Source of the DNA: an uncultured Acidobacteriota bacterium
GTDB taxonomy: Bacteria; Acidobacteriota; Terriglobia; Terriglobales; Acidobacteriaceae
Direction of reading: 5' to 3'
DNA length: 64,000 nt
Assembly (NCBI GenBank): GCA_963826735.1
Contig: CAWGYN010000008.1
Location: forward strand, 62,489-126,488
Shown: positions 56,933-64,000 of the stretch, one piece after another
Numbering within the stretch: position 1 is the first letter of the stretch
How the letters are laid out: each line of letters starts with the position of its first letter
Translations under genes and position numbers: made by a program
Notes under the pieces: generated by a model
Databases searched by the model: none
Told to the model about the DNA's origin: nothing
The model's input: only the letters and a program-made list of their open reading frames with translations

Positions 56933-57023
56933 CACAGGTTGCATAAATTCCCGGGGCGGGTTGAAAGACATCCCTCAGGGGCTAAAGCTCCAGGTTTTAT
57001 GCGGCTCTTGCGGCACGACTGAA

Positions 57024-58297
57024 CAGCTTGCTGAAAAAGTCCCTTTGGCGTCACTTTTTCTCCACAGGGAGTTGATTTAAGAAGTAAGTATGCGCGGAGA
57101 CGACAAGCAGCAGTCGGCGATGTTCAGTTATGTCACGATGGAGCAGCGGATTGCTCCCGATCACCCGATGCGTCGTATTCGCGCGCTGACCGACCGGGCG
57201 TTGGCGCGGATGGACGCGGAGTTTGATGGGCTTTATTCGGAGATGGGCCGTCCGTCGATCGCGCCGGAACGCCTGCTTCGGGCACAGTTGCTGATGGTTC
57301 TTTACTCGATTCGCTCGGAGGGCCAGTTGATGGAGCAGCTGAACTACAACCTTCTCTACCGCTGGTTCGTGGGCCTGGAGATGGACGATCCGGTGTGGGA
57401 CCAGACGGTGTTCAGCAAGAACCGGGAGCGACTGATCGCCGGCGACGCCAGTCAGAAGTTGCTGTTGGCGGTGGTAGAAGAGGCACATGCCGAGCAGTTG
57501 CTGAGCGAGGAGCACTTCACGGTGGATGGAACGCTGATTCAGGCCTGGGCGAGCCGGCGCAGCTTTCGGGAGAAGCCTGATCCGCCGGATCGTGGCACCG
57601 GCGCGCGTGGCCGCAAGCTGCTGCGCGACACGCATGCGTCGACGACCGATGGCGACGCGCGGCTTTACCGCAAGAGCAGCTGCGGCGCGGTGGTGCCCAG
57701 TTATCTGGGCCACGTGATCACGGAGAACCGCAACGGGCTGGTGGTGGCCGCGATGGCCACACAGTCGGGCAACGCTGCGGAGCGCGAAGCGGCGATGAAG
57801 ATGCTGAAGCGCATCAAGCGCGGCAAGCGCATGACGCTGGGCGCAGACAAGAGTTATCAGGAGGAGACGTTCGTTAGCGGGCTGCGCGGCGAGCAGGTGA
57901 GGCCGCACGTGGCCGAGTATGCGCCCAACCCGAAGTGGCCGAACTGGCTCACGGAAGAGGAACGCAGCGATCCGGGCCTGACCGTAAGCCAGAAGAAACG
58001 CAAACTGGTGGAGAAGGTGTTCGGTTGGATGAAGCAGGACCGGCTGCGCCAGATCAAGCTGCGCGGGCTCAAGCGCGTGGACTGGTTGTTTCAGTTGGCG
58101 GCAGCGGCGCACAATCTGCTGCGCATGAGCAAGCTGATACCGATTCAGGCGCAGGCCTGATCGGGGAGAAGTGTCTCTGCGGACCGCGAAAACGAACCGC
58201 AGAGACAAATAACAACCCGGAAACCCTTCCATGCGGCGGCAAAAATCAGCGTCACAGGAAGGTCAACGGCGAAAACAGCGATTTTTTCAGCAAGCTG
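57024..58297 (+). mobile_element. IS5-family insertion sequence with TGAA target duplication
   Basis: Terminal IRs CAGCTTGCTGAAAAA (17/18 when extended); TGAA at 57020-57023 and 58298-58301. Confidence 0.9.
57090..58160 (+). CDS. IS5-family DDE transposase (intact)
   Basis: GRPSIAPE, YNLLYRWFVGL, FTVDGTLI, LGADKSY, RKLVEKVFGWMK and AAHNLLRM motifs. Confidence 0.92.
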   Translation: MRGDDKQQSAMFSYVTMEQRIAPDHPMRRIRALTDRALARMDAEFDGLYSEMGRPSIAPERLLRAQLLMVLYSIRSEGQLMEQLNYNLLYRWFVGLEMDDPVWDQTVFSKNRERLIAGDASQKLLLAVVEEAHAEQLLSEEHFTVDGTLIQAWASRRSFREKPDPPDRGTGARGRKLLRDTHASTTDGDARLYRKSSCGAVVPSYLGHVITENRNGLVVAAMATQSGNAAEREAAMKMLKRIKRGKRMTLGADKSYQEETFVSGLRGEQVRPHVAEYAPNPKWPNWLTEEERSDPGLTVSQKKRKLVEKVFGWMKQDRLRQIKLRGLKRVDWLFQLAAAAHNLLRMSKLIPIQAQA

Positions 58298-58304
58298 TGA
58301 AGTC

Positions 58305-58889
58305 GTGCCCTTTCACGGCGGCATTTATGCAACCAGTGCTAGCGCGCGGCGCGCAGCATGGGGATTGCCGCGCGGGCTGAGCGCAATTTGCAAGGTGTTT
58401 CTGGTGGCGTGCCTCGCGGCGTTGGTTGCGGTGGCGATGGCGCAATCCGCGGCTCCTGCGCAGAATCTGCTCAACAAACAGGCGCCGAATTTCACGCGCC
58501 AGGATTTGCATGGCCACGCGGTGCATCTGGCTGGCTTTCGCGGCAAGGTCGTGTTGCTCAACTTCTGGGCCACATGGTGCGCGCCGTGCCAGGTGGAGAT
58601 GCCGATCTTCGCAGCGTGGCAGCGGCAGTATGGCCCGCAGGGATTGCAGGTGATTGGCGTCTCTATGGATGACGATGCCGCAGTGGCGCGCAAGTTGGTC
58701 GAGCGACTAAAACTCGACTATCCCGTCGCGATGGGCGATGCGCGGCTTGGGTTGCGTTACGGAGGCGTGCTGGGCCTGCCACTTTCGTTTCTTATCGATC
58801 GCAATGGCGTGATTCGTGCGCGCTTCCAGGGCGAAACCGATGCGAAGGCGATAGAGACAGAGATGCGCGAGTTGCTCGCCGAGCACTGA
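58305..58889 (+). CDS. TlpA-family thiol:disulfide oxidoreductase
   Basis: APNF...GKVVLLNFWATWCAPC...GLP.SFLIDRNG; true start uncertain and probably downstream of 58305. Confidence 0.85.
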   Translation: MPFHGGIYATSASARRAAWGLPRGLSAICKVFLVACLAALVAVAMAQSAAPAQNLLNKQAPNFTRQDLHGHAVHLAGFRGKVVLLNFWATWCAPCQVEMPIFAAWQRQYGPQGLQVIGVSMDDDAAVARKLVERLKLDYPVAMGDARLGLRYGGVLGLPLSFLIDRNGVIRARFQGETDAKAIETEMRELLAEH

Positions 58890-59017
58890 TGCGCAAACCG
58901 AGACGGCGACCCGCCGCCGTCGGACATAATAAAGATGGAGGCGCAGCTGTCTGGGATCGCATTCCCCTGATCTGCGGTGAATGATCACTGACCTCGGAAA
59001 ACTGATCCCTTAATAAA

Positions 59018-59778
59018 ATGATCCTCGACAAATTCAATCTCAAAGGCAAAACCGCTCTGGTCACTGGCTCGTCGCGCGGGCTGGGCGCGGCGATTGCGGT
59101 GGCGCTGGCGCAGGCCGGTGCTGACGTCGCCGTACACGGCTCCGGAACGGCGCCGAAAGTTACGCAGCACAAGATCGAGGCGGCCGGCGCAAAGGCCATC
59201 GCGCTGGTGGGCGACGTGGGGGAAGCAACAGTTTGCGCGCGTCTGGTGGAAGAGACCGCGCAACATTTTGGCGCTATCGATATTCTGGTCAACAACGCGG
59301 GCATCATTCGCCGCGCTCCCGCCGCCGAGTACTCCGAAGAGGACTGGCTGGCGGTGATTGACGTGAATCTCACCAGCGTCTTTCGCCTCACGCAGCACGC
59401 GGGCCGGCACATGCTCAAGCAGGGTTCCGGAAAAATCATCAACATCGCGTCGCTGCTTACTTTTCAGGGCGGCATCCTGGTGCCCGCTTATGCGGCGGCC
59501 AAAGGCGGCGTGGGCCAGCTGACAAAAGCATTTGCGAATGAGTGGGCGTCAAAAGGCGTGAATGTGAACGCCATCGCGCCCGGCTACATGGATACCGACA
59601 ATACCGAGGCGCTGCGCAAGAATCCCGAGCGCGCGCGGCAGATTCTCGATCGCATTCCCGCCGGGCGGTGGGGACATCCTGAAGACCTCGCCGGGGCCGC
59701 GGTTTTTCTGGCTTCGAGGCCAGCGATTATATGCACGGCCATATACTGGTGGTCGACGGCGGATGGCTCAATCGGTGA
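59018..59778 (+). CDS. kduD: 2-dehydro-3-deoxy-D-gluconate 5-dehydrogenase (frameshift near 59720)
   Basis: TGSSRGLG, NNAGIIRR, IASLLTFQGG, YAAAK, NAIAPGYM and RIPAGRWG motifs; shifted tail LVVDGGWLNR. Confidence 0.88.
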
Positions 59779-59848
59779 GGAAGCAGCTAGAAGCCGTTAG
59801 CTGGCAGTTCGAAAGGTTGGAATCGTAAGTTCGAAGCGGAGAGCAATC

Positions 59849-60187
59849 ATGCAAGAAGCTGCAGTGATTTACACGGCCACCGATGCCACCAAAGTTACCA
59901 CGCCCGAACCGGGCATGTTGCGCCAGGTTCTGGCGTACAACCCGCACCTCATGCTGGTGCGTCACACCTTTGAGAAAGGCTGGAAAGGTGCGCGTCATAG
60001 CCATCCCCATCATCAAATGGTTTATGTGGTGCGCGGCCATATCCGTTTCGAGGCCGAGGGCAAGAGCTGGGAGATGCGCGCCGGCGACAGCATTGTGGTC
60101 GAAGGCGGCGTGGAGCACGAAGCCGCGGCCCTCGAAGCCTCTGAAGTGCTCGACATCTTTACGCCCTATCGCCAGGATTACGCGTAG
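59849..60187 (+). CDS. Cupin-domain protein, KdgF-like
   Basis: RQVLAY...HSHPHHQ..YVVRG...GDS...H...VLDIFTP.R.DY; adjacent to kduD. Confidence 0.8.
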   Translation: MQEAAVIYTATDATKVTTPEPGMLRQVLAYNPHLMLVRHTFEKGWKGARHSHPHHQMVYVVRGHIRFEAEGKSWEMRAGDSIVVEGGVEHEAAALEASEVLDIFTPYRQDYA

Positions 60188-60246
60188 GCTCGGCGGCGTT
60201 TCCGCGGCCGGAGCCCCGCATGTCTCACAATCTTGAGGAGACTCAG

Positions 60247-61069
60247 ATGAAGAATCGTTGGATTGCCATTCCGGCGCTCGCTATGCGCGCTCTGCGCTGC
60301 GCTGTCGGCGCAGCCCCCGCGCCCGATGCCGGCATCATCGGCATCGCGCACATTGCCTTCCGCGTCAGCGACCTCGATCGCGAGATCGCGTTTCTCGGCA
60401 AGCTCGGCTACGAAGAGTCCTTCGCCATGACCAACGGCGGCAAGACCACGGAAGTCTTCGTCAAGGTCAATGACCACCAGTTCATCGAGCTCTATCCGCG
60501 AACCGATCCCCCGCAGCCGCTGGGCTGGATGCACGTCTGCTTCGAGGCGGGCGATCTGAACGCTCTGATCAAGTACTACGACTCCACCGGGCTCAAGGCT
60601 GCGCCGGTGCGCAAGGCGGCGGCCGGCAACCTGATCTCTTCCACGAACGATCCGGAGGGCCGCGTGACCGAGTTTACGCAATACATGCCGGGCTCGCGGC
60701 ACACTTTGGACCGCGGCCAGCACCTGGGCGCGAACCGCGTCTCCAGTTGAACTGATGGGTATCGACCTGCCGGTGAGAGAAGGCGCGGCGGAAAAGGAGT
60801 TCTACAGCGATCTTGGTTTCGAGGCGCAAGCGGTGAACGGCAATGTGCGCCTGACTGCGCCCGGCGCTCCCGGCATGGTTCTTGAGCTGCGCGCCGCGCT
60901 TCCCGGCGCCCAGCCGGAGTTTCTGTTTCCTGTGCCCGACGCGCGCAAAGCCGCGGATGCATTGAAAGACGCGGGAGTGAAGCCCGAGCGCAACGGAAAG
61001 CTCATCTTCGTCCACGATCCCGACGGCAACGCCTTCGTTTTTCTTGAGATAGGGTCCGAGCGGCGGTAG
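60247..61069 (+). CDS. Secreted VOC/glyoxalase-family protein (probable frameshift near 60745)
   Basis: GIAHIAFRVSDL, QFIELY, MHVCFE, DPEGRVTEF and a second DPDGN motif. Confidence 0.75.
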
Positions 61070-61206
61070 CAGTGTGCGGTTAGGGCGAATCGGTGATGTG
61101 AATCATTTAGCGTGGGTCAGGAGACCCACGCTACAGTCGGCCAGGAAGCCAGGCGCTACGAGGACATTTGCTTGACGGAGTCTTCGCGGTTTATCACGCA
61201 TAGGAT

Positions 61207-62442
61207 CTACCAGGTATAGGTGGTGACAAGAATCGGCGGGCCGGCTTTCTCGCCGATTACATTCGTCTTCAGCACGACTTCCAAATTTTTGTTTTCCCAG
61301 CCGCGCGGCAACTTGGCCGCAAGCTCCCGGAGATGTTGGGGAGACTGCACAAACTCGCCCGCCGCTTCGGTTCCATAAGGTCCGATTCCGGCAACCACCA
61401 TCACCGGGCACTCCGTGGTGGGGTCGCGAAAGCGGGCCACGACAGCGTAGTCGGTGGTGACCGAGAGATAGGGCCCGGTGCTGTCAACCGCCCAGCCAGT
61501 CGGTCCCGGATTTGCCGCATCATCGATGCTTTCCACTCCGTTGGGCGCGACATGGAAATGAAATCGCAGCGGAGCCGTGAGGCGTAGTGTCCAGAGATTG
61601 TTCAGGGCGCCCACCAGGACGATGGGCCGCGAGCGGATGTCTGCGAGGCTGGTTTCCTGGGACTCCTTTACATCGTAGGCTTTCGCGTGTTGGTCGAGCA
61701 CGGGCGTAAGATGCGAAAGCGAGACGGCGATCCATACGGAGACGTGGTGATAAGGATTGTTCAGGTGATCGGCGAACGACGTGTTCTGCGAAGGCGGCGG
61801 CATGTCGTTGGGATGAGTGGTCCCCAAGACGACGAGCACTGTTCGGGGGCTGTTGAACAACGGATTCCAGAGTTTGCGCGTCGCAGCTTCACCGCTGGAT
61901 GAGGCCTGGTAGTTGAGATATCCCGCAATTGAAGCCCCCAGCAGCAACACCGCAACCAAGCTGAAGACAGTGACGCGAATCCAGGCTTGGCGCCGGCGTG
62001 CACCCTTCTCCAGGCTGGTCAATCGCTCCGGATCCGCGTCCCGGCCTGCGGGGTCCCGTTCACGCAGCAGGAACTCGGGAGCGTAGGAGCCGAGCGGCAG
62101 CTCGATCTGCACGCGCGAATGTTCACCATTTTCGTGGTAGTACTGGGCGATCCGCTTTCTTACCTCGCCCGCGCTTACGCGCACCACCGGATCGGCATTT
62201 GTGTCGTAGCCCGGGTCGCGGCCGAAGACCTCAGCGCCCAGCGTGCGCTCTTTCAAATCGCCGATGCGGTTTTCCAGCGCGGCATCCACCACGTAGCGGA
62301 GCAGGGCCGGGTAACGCTTGCTTCCCCGGAAATGGTAGCTGGAGAGGATTGCCTCCAACTCCTGTAGCACGACTTCGCGTTCTTCCGCCGTGCCAGGCAG
62401 CCATGGCGTTGTCGTGTGCCCGTTTTCAGAACCTGTACCCAT
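61207..62442 (-). CDS. Putative membrane-anchored transcriptional regulator (wHTH-like N-terminus, TM, periplasmic domain)
   Basis: ILSS..F..S.R...LLRYVV...LKERTLGAEVFGR...YDT..DPVVRV.A.EVRKRIAQYY...IELP.GSY.P; one TM; GT.AAGEFV motif. Confidence 0.7.
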   Translation of the reverse strand: MGTGSENGHTTTPWLPGTAEEREVVLQELEAILSSYHFRGSKRYPALLRYVVDAALENRIGDLKERTLGAEVFGRDPGYDTNADPVVRVSAGEVRKRIAQYYHENGEHSRVQIELPLGSYAPEFLLRERDPAGRDADPERLTSLEKGARRRQAWIRVTVFSLVAVLLLGASIAGYLNYQASSSGEAATRKLWNPLFNSPRTVLVVLGTTHPNDMPPPSQNTSFADHLNNPYHHVSVWIAVSLSHLTPVLDQHAKAYDVKESQETSLADIRSRPIVLVGALNNLWTLRLTAPLRFHFHVAPNGVESIDDAANPGPTGWAVDSTGPYLSVTTDYAVVARFRDPTTECPVMVVAGIGPYGTEAAGEFVQSPQHLRELAAKLPRGWENKNLEVVLKTNVIGEKAGPPILVTTYTW

Positions 62443-62947
62443 TGGAGCCAACTTGCACGCCGTAGCATACCCCACTTTGCAAAGTGTTGTCACGGAGAAA
62501 TCATGCCGGTTTTGCTCTTGGCGGAAGCGGATTGGTCAACATCGACCATTTCTGTAAGGTCTTTATTTTCAGCAGGAAAGCTGCATCTATTTCACCGCAA
62601 ACGGTTTGTAGCATACGGTAGCACCCTTGCAAAGAAGTGCCACCGGCTTAGAATAGCGCGGCATGAAAGAGCGCGGAGGTGTGCTGTCCGAAACCTTCCA
62701 GGAAGGAAAGGGGGCTGGTGTGCCCGCTGGGGTGAGGGGAAGCGCGCGCGTATTTCTCCGCTCTTGCAGCACGCCGGTGCCTGGTTCTTTCGTCCCGGAA
62801 TGACGGCACGAAGAGGAGCCAGCCGTCGCTGAGAGAAAGGCTCTTGAAGCGAGTCCGAGACCGTCAGTCCCGCAGTCCGGGCATCTGCTTCCTGAGCCGC
62901 TTTAGACAAAACAACGAACTCAAAGATGTTCACTCACGGAGGATTAA

Positions 62948-64000
62948 ATGATGCAACGCAGACTACTCAGGCCGATTCTAGGGTCGATGTTCCTGCTCCT
63001 GCTGGGATGCTCGCAGGTGCTGTGGGGTCAGGCAGTAAGTGCCACGCTGGTAGGAACGGTGACCGATAACTCCGGCGCCATTGTTCCCCAAGCAACGGTG
63101 ACGATCACCGAGACCGCCACCGGAATCATGCACACCGACGTCAGCAACGGAAGCGGCAACTATACGTTTCCGGATCTCACCCCCGGGATCTACTCGGTGA
63201 CAATTACATCGAAGGGTTTCAAGAAGGAAGTCCGGGCCGGCGTCGATGTGGCGGTTAACACTACTACCCGCGTGGACATTGCGCTGCAGCCGGGCGCTGT
63301 TACGGAGACGGTGACCGTGACCGGAGCGCCTCCCATCATGGAGACCGACCGCGCTGACGTGAGCACGAACATCGAGGCTCAGACGCTCCACGACCTGCCG
63401 GTCATGGTGAACCAGAACTTCCAGTCGCTGCTCACGCTGGCTCCCGGTGTGGGACCGCCGATTTTCGAGCACTCGCAGTTCTTTAACGCGGCCAGCTCGA
63501 TTCAGACTGAAGTCAACGGCCAGCCCCGCGTGGGCAACAGCTATCAGATTGAGGGCGTCGACGACGACGAGCGCACCGGCCTGCTGCAGATCATGATTCC
63601 ACCCGAGCAGGCCATCGAAACCGTCGACGTGTCGACCTCAAATTATGAGCCTGAGCTGGGCCGCGCGGTCGGCACAGTCGCCAACGTGATCCTCAAGTCC
63701 GGCACCAACGCATTTCACGGCCAGGCCGACGAATACGTGCAAAACAACGACATGGATGCGCGCTCCTACTTCAATGCCGCCGTGGGCCACGTAGCCTACA
63801 ACTACTTTGGCGGCGCTGTGGGCGGCCCCATCAAGAAAGACAAGCTGTTCTTCTACGGCGACTTCTTCCGCTCTCCCGATCACGAAGCGAACACCTACAC
63901 GATCACCATTCCCTCGCCCACCTGGTACACCTGCCAAAACTCGTCCTACGCACCACTCGTAGGCGCTGGCCAGTTTATCGACTTGAGCGGCGCGATCAGC
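62948..64000 (+). CDS. TonB-dependent receptor with carboxypeptidase-regulatory-like N-terminal domain (Oar type); runs off the window end
   Basis: Manual translation MMQRRLLRPILGSMFLLLLGCSQVLWGQAVSATLVGTVTDNSGAIVP..., later KSGTNAFHG and FGGAVGGPIKKDKLFF; GGAGG RBS. Confidence 0.9.
   Translation, partial: MMQRRLLRPILGSMFLLLLGCSQVLWGQAVSATLVGTVTDNSGAIVPQATVTITETATGIMHTDVSNGSGNYTFPDLTPGIYSVTITSKGFKKEVRAGVDVAVNTTTRVDIALQPGAVTETVTVTGAPPIMETDRADVSTNIEAQTLHDLPVMVNQNFQSLLTLAPGVGPPIFEHSQFFNAASSIQTEVNGQPRVGNSYQIEGVDDDERTGLLQIMIPPEQAIETVDVSTSNYEPELGRAVGTVANVILKSGTNAFHGQADEYVQNNDMDARSYFNAAVGHVAYNYFGGAVGGPIKKDKLFFYGDFFRSPDHEANTYTITIPSPTWYTCQNSSYAPLVGAGQFIDLSGAIS

Overview
GC-rich bacterial chromosomal segment, most likely Acidobacteriota (Terriglobia/Acidobacteriaceae). 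This is inferred from a TIGR03435-type gene, an Oar-type TonB receptor, a CadC/PD40 protein, a large NHL/Ig-repeat surface protein and the intergenic palindromes. Housekeeping genes include glpK, a sugar porter, lipB plus an E2 acyltransferase, hisS-aspS, trpCF/trpBA-chorismate mutase-aroF-tyrA, hemG, cydAB, comF and kduD. There are two PIN-toxin loci and two IS elements: an ISAs1-family copy that truncated a serine hydrolase, and an IS5-family copy inserted in the loop of a REP-like hairpin. Many genes, including essential ones, carry indels in blocks, most likely uncorrected long-read errors. The strongest unexplained signal is at about 55416-56294: a roughly 870-nt apparently non-coding unit with its own predicted promoter and terminator, built from about 16 degenerate 49-nt modules, most with a GNRA-capped hairpin showing compensatory base changes. 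It is a candidate large modular structured RNA. All calls are from reading the sequence only; no searches were run, and coordinates of frameshifted genes are reconstructions.
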